The notes beneath the pieces are model-generated. The model was not told where the DNA came from, searched no databases, and was given only the letters and a program-made list of their open reading frames with translations. Of a DNA stretch of 64,000 nucleotides, positions 38,337-52,518 are shown piece after piece; the stretch's first letter is position 1; every line of letters begins with the position of its first letter. The DNA comes from Octopus bimaculoides (Eukaryota), in contig NC_068982.1 in the NCBI RefSeq assembly GCF_001194135.2, positions 40,164,749-40,228,748 on the forward strand, in the 5' to 3' direction. The position numbers and the translations under genes were made by a program.

Positions 38337-40149
38337 TATATATGTATATATATGCATTTATATACATATTTAAATACATATATACTTATATNNNNNNNNN
38401 NNNNNNNNNNNNNNNNNNATATATATATATATCTATATATATATATATGCATACATGTGTGTGTATGTATATATGTATGTGTGTATGTATGTATGTATGT
38501 ATGTATGTATATATTGTATGATATGGAACTCTACAGTCTGTTGAGTAGAGAGATATATTTATTAGGTCGACAAATGAGAGTTTTTTCAGAGTTTGACCTT
38601 TTGCTGAGTAGTCAAGGGAGAAACTTAGAGTTAACTGATATTTTCTGATATGAAAAGATACCTGTATGCGTCCGTATGTGCGCGCATGTGTATGTATGTG
38701 TCTGTTTGTGAGTGTTAGTGTATGTATGTTTGTGTTTAAAGGAGACTAAGTGAGAAGGAGAAAAGACGAAATAGAGTGGACAGTGTTCACTGAGCACTGT
38801 TATTCAAAACTTGCCCAGCAACCCTTCAATAAAATGTATTTGGCACGCTCAGTATTTATGCGACAGACAAGCAAACCTCTGAACTTGAGACTGAAACTCC
38901 TGTTGAACCGGGGTAGTGTACCGACTGTAATTTTATGATTAATGAATTTGTTTCAGTGGTGAAGTTAATTTTGAGATGCGCACTGAGTTTATCGCCCTGC
39001 TGTATCTGGACATAGTAACATGTTTGCAAGAAGAGAAACAAAAAAGTTGTGAAAAGGCGCGTGGTTCTGATTCTTATCTTAAAACTGCTGATATTGTTTA
39101 ACCTTTGAATGTTCCTATGGCCTTGGGTATACCATGACATTCCGAAAATTCCATTTGTTCTTATATCAAAACGTGGGAAAATTATGCGACAAAAGGCTAC
39201 AATTGTTTGAAGAAACGTGTCGGACCAAACATTGTTTGCGTTACGGGTTCGTTTCTATATTGGCGCATTTTAATTCACGTACCATTGTAACATTGAAGAG
39301 AGAGAGGCATAAATGCTTGTGTTGCTGTTTTGTAAATTCTTTTACTAAATCCCTAATATTGTGTTGCATTAAAAAAAATCAATATTTTTGCCGAAGCAGT
39401 ACATTTAGGGTATTTGCATGAAAAACATAAATTCAGAGTAAAAAGGTGATATAATGTAAAGTCTGGTAAGATTTATGAAAGGAAAGATAGTGACTTAAAT
39501 AAATAATTGAAGTAGGTACAACATGTGTATCTATATTGACTTTAAAATATAATCATCGATTTTGAAATACATGAGCATTTGTATATGGCTTAACTCAACA
39601 TTCGACAACGAAGTTAATATTTATTAGTCAAGATTTTTTTTCGTTCAAACAAATGACGTATTGTTTATAGTTGGCGACAGATGGACTGTATGTAAATTAT
39701 ATAATTCATAGAACAGAACTGAATAATAAACTGATCTGTAATTTGATTTTATATTAGAGGCAATATTGAATACTTTTCAGGTTACTGTTTTGAATTTATG
39801 GGTAATCTTCAGCATAGAGCTTCGGCCGAGTTTGTCTCTGACGCTTCGTATAGACTTAATTGCATTACTGATGTATTCTTTCGCATTTGCATAAATCATT
39901 TCAAATGTCTGTCCTTTCTGTACATCCTCACACATAAATACACGCACATACAAACATTTAAATCCTTATGAATGGGTGAGTATTTATGTGTACGTGTGGG
40001 TATGTGTATATGTGTGGGTATATGTGTAGCAATTTAAAAATATAAACACGTCTTTTTTAAAACTTTTCAGGCTCTCTTGAATCAGTTATGATGGTAAATA
40101 TATTTGATAGACATTAATTCGGTAAATGTTAATTTTGAACATTTCTATA

Positions 40150-40660
40150 TTAATGCAAAGAGGGAAATAATGAGCCGTGGTTTTATAGAAGACTCGAAGT
40201 CTTGCTGAAGGTAAATTGGATAAAGCATTTTGAATGGAATCATGGTAAAACACCAAAGTGTGGATGAAGGGGAGTATCGAGAGAAATCAGGCTGAGCGAC
40301 TTCCATTGAACTCTTTGAGATACAGAGACGACCGTAGTAACGATAGAAGAGATACAGAGTGCGAGTCAATAGCTGTAAATTATTGTGAAGTTTCATAACG
40401 TACTGCTCATTGCTCTGATTACTATTGATATTAATGATTAATTGGGAACTGTACTGGATGGATAAATTACATTGAATGTTGTAAACTTTGCCACATGGTG
40501 TGCATTGATTTGTGTATATTGTGTTTGCTGTCGTGCACTGCAGGAATAGAAATGAACTGAGATATTTATTCTCTATGGACTGGTGTATATTCCGTTGGAC
40601 TTGTAATGCTTATGCAAAGTGACGTACACTGTACTGAAGCAGTAAACTCTGTTCGTTGAC
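40150..40660 (-). pseudogene. CR1/L2-like LINE 3' remnant
   Basis: Minus-strand LQLLTRTLYLFYRYYGRLCISK resembles the LFYRYYxGxCS motif of CR1-group ORF2 ends; downstream LQQDFESSIK resembles NLQxFKSSI. Confidence 0.5.
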
Positions 40661-41889
40661 GTATTCTGTAATGATTGGCGTAAAATTGACGTAAAACAAG
40701 CATATGCGTTGTATATCGATTAAATCAAACACCACAAGATGCGTATAGTACTAATTGGTGAAAACTGCACTGACGTTTCTATGTTGAATAATATTGGTTG
40801 ATGTATTTTTATATCGTTATTGCCCTTATCGTCTCCAATGCCTCAAGTTCACACGCAACAAGAAATTTTACTGGATATCAATACAAATCATTGTATTATG
40901 TTTATAGTTGGAGATGTGTCTTTCTATGTGTGTAGTTTTCCTTTAGAATTATATAGAGTTTCGTGTACTTGCTGCTCATTTAAGCATATATTCTGCGTGT
41001 ATTTAAGTGTGGATGATTCATTCGTAACTATGAGGATATATTCTTGCGTCCTTCTATTTTGTAATTTAGATTGAGTGCATTTACGCTACTACAAAACTAT
41101 ACCTCTACCCCTGAAAATATACAACTGACCGAACCAACAAGAGGTATCTTCGATGTCACTTTACCTGTTAGAAATAGCAACCAAATCCCTTTCAGAAATA
41201 TACTACCTTCGAGTAATATGTTTCTATACACACAGTTCCCGAAGGAAAGATGGAATCAGTAGTACGGACCCCAAACTTACGTCATAATTCTGCTCCATCA
41301 GGACTGACATGGAGGAAAACAACAAAAAAGAACTCAAATGTAACCTCCATCATCTGAAAACCTTTTTCGGTGACCTACTATGTACGACATAACTGTTCAA
41401 AAAAGGTTTTTCATATTAACAAGTACACCGCGTGTGGATACCGCTCGTATATCTCGGCCAGTATATTGACTGCATAATCATATTCTACATACCAGCCATT
41501 CTGCTCGATACACAAGATTTGAGCAAAAAATACACAGCAATCACTTTCTCCAGAGACGATATATTCCTACTATTGCTTTTAAAAATGGTAACCGCCCATC
41601 TGAAATTTGAAGCGTTACCAATTTTAACAAAACGCAGCTGTTAAACAATTCACCCAATTCTCCGTCATTTTATTAAATGAATGCAACATATACCATGATC
41701 TAAATACCAATGCAGTCCATTTTTTCTTTACCAGATTTGCTACCTAGAGGAAATCCATTTCGAAGTAAAACTCAACAGTGTGACATTTATTGGGCTGAAA
41801 GAATTAGCAGCGGTTAATGGCATCAGCATTCTTCTTCACACTACTTCATAAAATATGTATTTTGTATGCATCTAGATTAATGAAAGTGT

Positions 41890-42007
<118 letters not shown>

Positions 42008-42194
42008 GTATGTACGTACACATTCATATATATATTGATATTTTATATATCGTTGACTGAAGATTCGGATATCTGTAACTGAAGAGTTCAAATCTATTTC
42101 AAAATCATCCATGTCATTAGCAGCCGTTTATTTGTAGGGTTTGATCATATGAAAAACCAATGAATTGGTTTAACAACTATGATTTCAATAATTT

Positions 42195-42410
42195 AATATT
42201 GGTTTCTAATTTGGCACAAGGCCAGCAATTTCAGTGGAGGAGATAAGTAGACTACATCGACCCCAGTGATTAATTGGTACTTATTTTATCTACCATGAAA
42301 GGATGAAAGGCAAAAAATCGTACTCGGCGGAATTTGAACCCAAAACGGAAAGACGGGCGAAATGCCCCTAAGCTTTTGCCCAGCTTTGCTAACGATTCTA
42401 CTAGCTTTCT
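42195..42410 (-). mobile_element. tRNA-derived SINE family B
   Basis: ggcacaaggccagcaatttc tail, catcgaccccagt..ggtacttattttatc..aaaggatgaaaggc core, gctaacgattct head. Confidence 0.88.
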
Positions 42411-43278
42411 AATAGTCTAATATTAATATACACATGTGTGTGTGTATGTGTGTGTGTGTTTGTGTGTGTTTGTGTGTGTGTGTGTNNNNNNNNNNNNNNN
42501 NNNNNNNNNNNNNNNNNNNNNNNNNNNNNNNNNNNNNNNNNNNNNNNNNNNNNNNNNNNNNNNNNNNNNNNNNNNNNNNNNNNNNNNNNNNNNNNNNNNN
42601 NNNNNNNNNNNNNNNNNNNNNNNNNNNNNNNNNNNNNNNNNNNNNNNNNNNNNNNNNNNNNNNNNNNNNNNNNNNNNNNNNNNNNNNNNNNNNNNNNNNN
42701 NNNNNNNNNNNNNNNNNNNNNNNNNNNNNNNNNNNNNNNNNNNNNNNNNNNNNNNNNNNNNNNNNNNNNNNNNNNNNNNNNNNNNNNNNNNNNNNNNNNN
42801 NNNNNNNNNNNNNNNNNNNNNNNNNNNNNNNNNNNNNNNNNNNNNNNNNNNNNNNNNNNNNNNNNNNNNNNNNNNNNNNNNNNNNNNNNNNNNNNNNNNN
42901 NNNNNNNNNNNNNNNNNNNNNNNNNNNNNNNNNNNNNNNNNNNNNNNNNNNNNNNNNNNNNNNNNNNNNNNNNNNNNNNNNNNNNNNNNNNNNNNNNNNN
43001 NNNNNNNNNNNNNNNNNNNNNNNNNNNNNNNNNNNNNNNNNNNNNNNNNNNNNNNNNNNNNNNNNNNNNNNNNNNNNNNNNNNNNNNNNNNNNNNNNNNN
43101 NNNNNNNNNNNNNNNNNNNNNNNNNNNNNNNNNNNNNNNNNNNNNNNNNNNNNNNNNNNNNNNNNNNNNNNNNNNNNNNNNNNNNNNNNNNNNNNNNNNN
43201 NNNNNNNNNNNNNNNNNNNNNNNNNNNNNNNNNNNNNNNNNNNNNNNNNNNNNNNNNNNNNNNNNNNNNNNNNNNNNN

Positions 43279-43315
<37 letters not shown>

Positions 43316-44815
43316 GGTACAGTTACACTAAAATCAGAAATTGCGATATAATTGTCCATTGTAGTCATCCAAACAAAGCTATCAATATAAAAGATACCTA
43401 GAACAGCATGAGCAAACTAACGATTCCCAAATGCAATAACAACCCAAATAAAAAATTTCCTGAAAGCTCATTTAATGACCATCATTAAATAGCTCTCACA
43501 TGTGGTAACTTGATACACGTAAGAGCAGTGGCAAAAGAGCAGAGACTCTAACACACGTGCTTATTAACGAAGTGACTAGAATGATATGCTATCCTGTATG
43601 TGTGAGTACTTCTGCTCGGTTGAAGACATGTGTGATGAAACAAAACATAAATGTCCATTATAACATTAAAAGACATGGCTCCATCATATCTAAATTGAAT
43701 TGTTAAACTATTAAGATAATAATCTAACGAATGTGTTATGGAATATTGTGCAGCAATGTAGAGTTCTGTCGGTATTAACTGTATCAATCCGCATTTGGAC
43801 ATACATAATATCTCAGAGAGATGCCAATTTCCTTTTATAATGTTTCATTTGCTAATATACGAAGAATTCGTTGATGGCTCTGTGAAAAAGTTTGAAGACA
43901 TTAGAATATTGTATTAGCGGTCAGTAACGAAGATTAGTGATATACATTAATCCTCGTTTAATCTTCGGGAAAAAAATCACGTTACCAGTATTTATTGATT
44001 TACAACGTTCTGCATAAAGCAAATATATTTGGGAATTGGGAATTGCTGCCGATTTAATAGGATGGTATGATTATAAATCAGAATATAAAGGGATGTAATC
44101 AAATACTGCAAGAAACTTTGCCACTTCTCCATCCATAGCCCTTAAGGATGTATAAAAATATATTCAACATAAAATTTGCAATATAAAGAATACTTCAATC
44201 AATAAATGCTGTAAATAGTAACTCTAGAATAATTTCATCGGTAACTCAGTTTTCTTTATGCTTTTTTCTTCCAATAAAATCTCATTTTAATAGTGATTTA
44301 GGTATAAATTTCCCAATAAAAGAGCTGAGAGGTAGTAAAATATTACAGTTCATCCTTCAAATATTAATACATAACAAGAATATGTTAATATTCTTTTATA
44401 TAATTGTTTTCCAGGCCAGCAGCTTTATGATTTATAGCCTGACAATTTAAAAGATAATCCGTTCTTATTTGCTTTCATATATGTGCATACATCATACAGT
44501 AGCTTTAAGAAAATGATAAAATTCATTTTTTCAGTCATTCGTATTAATTGTGTAGATTAGATACAAAAGAGAGTACGTGCCATCTAAAGAAAATGTCAAC
44601 AATCAAACTAAACTGGATCCCATATTTACAAAGTGTGTAATAATGTTAATTTATTTCAAATATGGTCATGAATTTCTTCAAATAGCTTCCTTTCTTACTA
44701 AGTAAATGACAATATAATGCGTGACTTTCAAAACGCAATTAACCTTTACCAAGTTGTTATAAAATCGGGTCCTGTGACTGATTTTGTCATTCATCATTTA
44801 TGTACATATCCCATT

Positions 44816-45028
44816 GGTGAACTGAAAGAATCGTTAGCATGCCGGTCAAAGTGCTTAGCATTATTTCGCTCGGCTTTACGTTCTGAGTTCAAATACGAAC
44901 CCTGACTTTGCTTTTCCTCCTTTCGAAGTCGATAAAATAAGTATCAGTTGAGCACTGATGACGATGTAATTGTCTTACCCACTTCTACCAAGATTTCAAG
45001 CGCTGTGTCTATAGCAGAAACGATTATT
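44816..45028 (+). mobile_element. tRNA-derived SINE family B
   Basis: gaatcgttagcatgccgg, ttacgttctgagttcaaat, gtcgataaaataagtatcagttgagcact. Confidence 0.82.
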
Positions 45029-45374
45029 ATTATAATTAGTTAATGCAAAATAAAGTAAAGCTGCTATACCTCTCCTTAATGGTATTAAACTAAAATATAT
45101 GAGTGGCTAATATACTATTTGAATATGCAGTTTAATGTTGGAAAGAAGAATTAATAGGAAGAGTATTTGAGGTGGAAATCTTCACCAGAAATGCATTTCA
45201 TTGGAATTGTAGGCATGCAAGATAAATTAACAATAGGTGACAAAATTTCGATGTATATATGGGCGAACTCATGTTCAGTCATTTAGATCCAGAAAAACAG
45301 AGGTCATAGTGATAGAGTAATAGTAGAAACGTTTATTGCATAAAACACACATAGAGAACGATGTTAATTAGAAT

Positions 45375-45466
45375 AGTCTTTCACAGTGTATGTAATCATT
45401 AAAAAGTATCTTCCATAATGTATGTAATCATTAAAATAGTCGTCCATAATGTATGTAATCATAATA
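45375..45466. repeat. ~32-bp minisatellite x3
   Basis: tgtatgtaatcat..ccataa repeated. Confidence 0.8.
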
Positions 45467-47643
45467 GTATGTTTTGTACAAAACATTTTCGTTGATAAAA
45501 ATGGTGTAAAAAATGTGGATATTTTCAAATTCATAAATATTTTACTGCTTAAAAATCAAACTTTCTTACAGTACAAGAGTTAAAGATTGCCACACTGATG
45601 GATTTTTTTATTGTATTAAAATAAAATGCATTCATTTCTTCGGCTGTTAAATTGTCATTAGCGTAGAGTTATTAACACACATTTTAATTAATCTTTCGTA
45701 GTGGATGCCCGTGGGACAATACTGACGGTGACGGTTTAGAACATTTGTTTATGGTTAACTACTGCAGATCTTTTTGTAACATTGTCTGGGTGAACATGAA
45801 CTCATGAAATGCCACGTTTCATATTGGCTGAACTAACGTAATGTATAGCTGTGAGCTAATTCTTGCAAGAATTAAACGATTTTACCATGAACACAACAGA
45901 GTGCTGTCGAGAGAGTATGAACTGTCACCAGTCGATATCTACACACTTTGTTTGTCTCACTTCAAACATACAACAAACTCTTCATTACTTATTTGTAGAC
46001 GGGCATCTTAACTACTATGCCAGTTGAAATTTGCTAGACTGATGTACAAATATGTTATACGTTGTATTCTATTCTATTGCACTGTTGAGATTTCATTAAA
46101 TTAAGATACAGTACCTTATAATTTACTTAGCAGACCAAAAATATGACTAAAATACCTTGAGGACTGAACATATTTTGCATACTTCCTTATGTCAATTTCC
46201 TTTTTCTTTTTTCAATAATAATGTTGATTAATATTGTATTATTTGAAACATATATCTTTTTCTAAGACTTCAAGCTCTTTATTAAAGGCGGGAGTATTGA
46301 AAGAATCGAGATAATACAGTCGAGTCAACCAACAGTTATATAGATATTATTTAATGAATTCCTGAGGAAGAAAGATAAAAGAGGTTTAGAATGCTTTAAC
46401 AGTGTTTTATCCAGAGCGCTTTCAGAAATATTAGGCATATAATACGATTACCAAATATAATATGCGTCGATACTTCAAAGAGAAGTTTCTATAAGTTTCT
46501 GTTTTATTTTCAAATATCCATTTCTTAAATAAGTGCAAAAGCTATGTGCATTACTCCAGTTTTGTATGTACCTAAGAAGACAAGTTTCATCTAATTTTCT
46601 ACTAGGAGCTTATTAGTAATGTAATACAGTATTTATATTTCTTTAAAGAGTATCACCAATTTGAATCAAGTGAAATACCGCCAAAAATTACTATCAAAAA
46701 TTGCCAACGTTCTCTGACTGCTCAGAGCATTTCACTCTGTATAGCTTATCAGACACTTCTAAATATTCATTTTATAGGGATAATTTAAATATCAATACTT
46801 AATATTACAAGTAAATAGTACAGCTAATTTTTAAAGAATTCTTCTACCAAAAGCATTCTATATGATAACTTTCTTTTTTGGATGGTTTTATCATAGAGAT
46901 TACTTGAAGACAAAATAATAGTGCAGTTAAGTGCCGTTTTTAATACATGATATTTGATATACTCGCAAGCTGCTCATCCTGCCTGGTATTGTGAAATATC
47001 CCTTTCCACTTGATATTACTAACACAGGTCATAGGCTGAAATCGATATAATTCTCATATTTCACTTCTTGATTTTTAATTGACCATCGAGTTCAAGCTTT
47101 ATTTCTTCATAGTTTTATTATTATGTATAATCTACGAGTTTATTAATAGATTTCAGTGCATTCTAATATCTTACAAAAATTGTTTCGGCATTTGTAATTT
47201 TAAACGTCTGTACATGTACCACTTATTTGAAATGCTATATAATAGAAGACAGACATTGCAACTGATATGGCCGAGTTGAAAATATACTGGATTTTGTCAC
47301 GAATGTTTTAACTTAGTCTTAGAGAATGGTGAAAACATTTCCAAGATACAAGTACTTCTTTTAGTATAATTCTTGAAGATTTCATTAGCTATAGTATTAT
47401 TTATAATCAAATCATATGAATGTGTCTGAGTCTGTGTTTGTGTGTATGTGTATGTGTGTGTGTTTGTGCGTGTGTGTTTGTGTGTATGTGTGTGTGTGTG
47501 TGTGTGTGCGCGCGCGCGCGTGCGTGCGTGTGTGAGTGTAAGATTCCGGGGGTTCAAGACTCACGATTTGGTTTGAAAGTTACACCAACCCCCGAATTGA
47601 ACGCCGTGGTATGGTACCTAGGATCCACCCTCTCCATCTAGAG

Positions 47644-49860
47644 CAGGGGTTCCCAACTTTCTTTTGCTGTGGACCACCAAAATAAGTTGTTTTTTTTCCT
47701 GTGGACCACCTCAAATTTTTAATTTACTATAAAAGAACTGCTACTCATAAATATTAGTATCATCTTCAGTTTTCAATGAAAGTTCCTTTTTCGTTCTTGT
47801 AAGGGACATCACAGAGAACAAATAACTGAGAACACCAATAACAAAACTAATTTGCAAATGCACATGATTCTCAAAGAAGTTTTATTTGATAGAATCGAAT
47901 AGAAAAGATTACTGAGTCGTGGAAAACACACCCTTGTATTCGGAAGAAAAACTGTACAGTTAAAATATAACGATGTAAAGAGTAAATTCAAAAAAATGTG
48001 AGGAGTGAAGTTGGGATCAGTAGAAAAGGTCGTGTAAACGTTTGAGGGAATATAACAAATTGAATTAACTTTAAAATGTCAGCGATAAGTCGTCGGGCAC
48101 AACGTCGAGAAACCTTCAGTGAAACCCTTAGGCTTGCTTTGTATCCGCAAGCTGAGAAATCCTTGGCTCTTTCTGGCTCAAGCGAATTCTCAAATCAGCA
48201 TCGTTATCGTGGTTCAAACGCCTCCGCTGCTTCGTGAACGAGTGGAAGACAAGGGAAAATCCCTTTGCAACCAAAAAGGATGTAGGGAGATTTATAATAA
48301 AAAGCTCGACTTGTTCAAACAGCTTTGAATATTCGCGAGAATGATTCAACCAAGTTGTTTTCAGACGATTTGCGCAGATTATCATCTACCGTCGCCTCAC
48401 TTAGCTCCATCTGAACGCATTCTGGTTGAACAAGTATATTGTTCATAGGAATTGTGTGAAGAGAGTCCACAAAAATTGGGATATTTAAAGACAAAAGATC
48501 TTCAAAACGAATATTGAAGTTTTCGTGAAGGAAAGATATTTGCCCGATTATATATTTGTGCAATCGTTATCTACCACAACAGTTTTTAAGTTCGCGAACT
48601 GCAGAAAGTTATGATCTTCAATTGAAGGTTTCCAAAGAAAGAGTTTATTCACAAACGCCCCTATCAAATGTCTGGCTCGTACAATGTTGATGTTTTGCTT
48701 TTGTAAAGAAATATTGAGATCATTAAGTTTTTGAAAGATTTCATATAAATAAAAAATTACAGATTTTTTCTGAGAAAGTGATGCTGTCATAGTTGGATCA
48801 GTTTGTTGAACAAACTCTATGACTTAATCGAAAGTACCACAAAACGTCCGAGACAACTTCCCATTGATAGTCAGCGTATATCTGTCGAATACAACACACG
48901 GCCGAACGTTTCATCTTTACAAGCTTCTTGAAAATGCCTGTCTTGATGAGCAGATCTTTTGATCTTTTTACTGCAGAAGCAATTAAGTCTAGGGTTTCAG
49001 AAAATATATTATTTCCGGTTCTTTTTGCTATCGGGTTTTCGCGATAGAGAACACAATGAATTGTGAAGACGGGATTAAATTCGATCCATCTAGAAACAAA
49101 ACCCTGGGATTTCACAATCATAGATTTTTGAGCGATGAAGATGAGACATTTTTTTTTGCGATGGTATTCTTCAAAGTACTCCTTTGGCTTGCCAACGAAA
49201 CCAGAATGGATTTTTTGTAGATGATACAACAATTTTGAGGGTTTCATTGAGACGTTAGTTAATACTTTTGAGCAGATAATACACTGTGGTAAAAAAGGAT
49301 CTTCTACACTGGATACAAAACTAAATTTTATATAATCTTCGTGATATCGTCTACAGAATCTTTTTTCCGAGTCGGTGGACGGAGAATTAAGGGAACGTTT
49401 TTCCATATCATTGACAGCATAATTTCTACAGATTACAATTAGACTAACACTTGCGTAAAAATGTACGTACCTGGAGAGGTAATACGATATGTTGGGTAAG
49501 CTGTAAGAACTGCGGTTTCGTTAGTAATCCTCAATTCAAAAGTCAGGTAGAAAACACGATCGCCTTAACCGGCCGAGAACACACAATCTTTTGTGTGTTT
49601 TTAATGCGCGCAAACGTGGATCCGATTGTACACGTCTGTACCTGTCTGGTACGTGTCCGCGTATGATTGAATAGCTAATCGTCCAATAGGCAATGAGTGC
49701 ATTCGTATGTGCTCACGGATATGCGATGAGGCACATTTCGTTTGCGTGGCATGTGCGTGTACGGAAAAATTTTAATTCTTCAGGTGGACCACAGAAAGGT
49801 GGACCACAGAAAGGTGGACCACAGAAAGGTGGACCTGGTTCACCAGGTTGGGAACCCCTT
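47644..49860 (-). mobile_element. hAT DNA transposon, Charlie/Buster group, internally deleted (2217 bp)
   Basis: TIR CAGGGGTTCCCAAC (47644-47657) / GTTGGGAACCCCTT (49847-49860); perfect 8-bp TSD ATCTAGAG (47636-47643, 49861-49868) fitting the NTCTAGAN preference; subterminal GTGGACCAC repeats at both ends. Confidence 0.95.
48128..49406 (-). pseudogene. Broken Buster/Charlie-type (ZBED8/SCAND3-like) hAT transposase
   Basis: BED finger RRYHEDYIKF..PQCIICSKVLTNVSMKPSKLLYHLQKIH; HCVLYRE motif; YLYEIFQKLNDLNISLQ..FVNKLFLW; C-terminal dimerisation PTSFLVAKGFS..DLRIRL. Split over four ORFs. Confidence 0.9.
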
Positions 49861-51164
49861 ATCTAGAGTAAGGAGTCAAAACTGTAACATTTTACGGTTC
49901 AATACTCCGCTAAAAATCCTGTGAGTTCTACATGTTATAGATGAAGAATTATTTTTTAAAAGAGCGCTTCGATAAAATTTTATGAGTTACCAGGTGAATC
50001 CACATCAAGATAAGAAATGCAAATACAAGTGGCACTCTCCAACTTACTGATCTACCAGAACAAAGTACAGAGAGAGGGGTATGGAAGTGAACTGAACTAT
50101 ACTAGCTATTACAATTATAGCAGTACCCAGGTATGATCACATCAAGTTGATATAATGGTAATGAAAAGCACATGAAGTATGTTTTCAAAATGGAGAACGA
50201 CAATGGCTATGACTTATTTTATGTTCTTTTTACCTTATGTTAATTAAAAATGAATTATTTCACTTTAGTTTGCAAAATTTTGACGTATGTGTAAGCCATA
50301 TCGAGAGCTTCACTCCTACATTCTTGTCTTAATTCGTTTTCTCTGTGCATGTCGTTTCAACAGTATAAATCAAATATGGATAAATAAACTGTTTTATTAT
50401 TCTCTCCACTGATTCCCAATGACATAGATATGAAATACCAGTGGTTGTCTATTTTTTGTTCTGACTATTTCACTGGCTAACTGGCTGGTTGGGTGGTTGG
50501 CTGGCTGGCCGGTTGGCTGCCTAGCATTTTGTAATGATTTATCTTTGTCGGCATGGTAATTGAAAAGCAATGTATTGCATTTTTTGATATACAGAAATTA
50601 TTTCAACAATGGTTAAAATGTACTAAGTATATAAAGTAGAACAAAGACATTTAGAAGCACTATTTCAATGAAATTTCAACATGTTAGGAAGCCAAAACAA
50701 TGTAGTTTAATAAATCATAGTTTTATTTATTTACTTTTTCCTTCATTTCATCTTATTCATCTACTTATATGAGATTGATAAGCAAAAAATTACCGGCATA
50801 ATATGAGTAAAAAAACTAAAAAATCAAAATGATTTATGACCATTATAATTAAAAAGTGGTCTACTTCATTTTGCTACTTTCAAAATCTATGTCCACTGCA
50901 ACTGTAACATTTTTGCATATAAATTTAATTCACTTAAGTGAGTATATTATGATTTCATAAGACTTCAATTCGTTTTACTTTGCAAGATGCCGACACATGC
51001 TTAAATATTTTCAGCGTAAAATCTTTCACCCACCATCTCATTCTCTCACTACCCCACTCTTGAGACATAATAAATACAATTTCCAACTTCGAAAACAACC
51101 ATGACTGGTCTTCAAATGCCATCATTGGAATAAACAAATACACACACAAACTTATACACATATG

Positions 51165-51566
51165 CACACAAATATCTACACACACATACACACACACACA
51201 CACGCTCACACACACACATATATATATACATATATTTGCATGTATGTATGAATATATACGTATAAATATATGTATATGCATATATATATCTATATATATA
51301 TATGTGTTTGTCTCGGTGTGTGTGTGTGTGTGTGACCGTGTGTGTGAGTGTGTGTGTGTGTGTGACCATGTGTGTATCGATGCACACAAATATCTGCACA
51401 CACACACACACACACACGCTCACACACACACGTGCTCACACACGCACGTGCTCACACACACACGTGCTCACACACACAAGTGCTCACACACACACATATA
51501 TACACATATATTTGCATGTATGTATGTATATATACATATAAATATATGTATATGCATATATATATC

Positions 51567-51622
<56 letters not shown>

Positions 51623-51636
51623 TGACCGTGTGTGTG

Positions 51637-51674
<38 letters not shown>

Positions 51675-51688
51675 CATGTGTGTATCGT
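51165..51688. repeat. Tandem duplication of a (CA)n-(TA)n-(TG)n composite module
   Basis: aatatct.cacac..cgctcac..tttgcatgtatgtatg..gtgaccgtgtg..ccatgtgtgtatcg occurs twice (~51165-51379 and ~51380-51688). Confidence 0.85.
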
Positions 51689-51689
51689 T

Positions 51690-51848
51690 GGCGAATTTCT
51701 TTCTCCGTCCTCCTTTCGGACTTTTTCTATATTTCTCATGAAGAGCTCCGCTTGAAACGTGAAACCCTCATTCTTTTCCTTCCTTTCCTGAGCGTCCAAT
51801 AACACAGTACTTGTTCCACGTCCTAGCGTTGCTGTTTTTTCTTGCTTG
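51690..51848 (+). mobile_element. Penelope-terminus-like repeat related to family E, with an inactivated hammerhead-like motif
   Basis: ttt-CTCATGA-A-GAGC(tcc)GCTT-GAAA-CGT-G-aaa at 51732-51764, followed by ctgagcgtccaataacac..ccacgtcct. Confidence 0.5.
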
Positions 51849-52282
51849 NNNNNNNNNNNNNNNNNNNNNNNNNNNNNNNNNNNNNNNNNNNNNNNNNNNN
51901 NNNNNNNNNNNNNNNNNNNNNNNNNNNNNNNNNNNNNNNNNNNNNNNNNNNNNNNNNNNNNNNNNNNNNNNNNNNNNNNNNNNNNNNNNNNNNNNNNNNN
52001 NNNNNNNNNNNNNNNNNNNNNNNNNNNNNNNNNNNNNNNNNNNNNNNNNNNNNNNNNNNNNNNNNNNNNNNNNNNNNNNNNNNNNNNNNNNNNNNNNNNN
52101 NNNNNNNNNNNNNNNNNNNNNNNNNNNNNNNNNNNNNNNNNNNNNNNNNNNNNNNNNNNNNNNNNNNNNNNNNNNNNNNNNNNNNNNNNNNNNNNNNNNN
52201 NNNNNNNNNNNNNNNNNNNNNNNNNNNNNNNNNNNNNNNNNNNNNNNNNNNNNNNNNNNNNNNNNNNNNNNNNNNNNNNNNN

Positions 52283-52518
52283 GGCACATAAAAGACACCA
52301 TTTCGAGCGTGGCCGTTTTCGTGCGGGTGACACGTAAAAGCACCCACTACACTCTCTGAGTGGTTGGCGTTAGGAAGGGCATCCAGCTGTAGAAACTCTG
52401 CCAAATCAGACTGGAGCCTGGTGTTGCCATCCGGTTTCACCAGTCCTCAGTCAAATCGTCCAACCCATGCTAGCATGGAAAGCGGACGTTAAACGATGAT
52501 GATGATGATGATGATGAT
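52283..52518 (+). mobile_element. 3' part of a retroposon (SINE/LINE tail) ending in (GAT)n
   Basis: GC-rich segment gttggcgttaggaagggcatccagctgtag..gcggacgttaaac, then a (GAT)n tail; 5' end lost in the gap. Confidence 0.65.

Noticed and set aside
38750-39421. Non-repetitive ORFs as possible host exons
   Set aside because: No recognisable domain and no convincing paired splice sites.
41432-41644. PLVYLGQYIDCIII resembling the Penelope RT YIDD motif
   Set aside because: The catalytic motif is not intact and flanking motifs were not recognisable.
43548-43802. RYDGAMS resembling the hAT GQxYDGA motif
   Set aside because: Isolated short match; no TIRs or other motifs.
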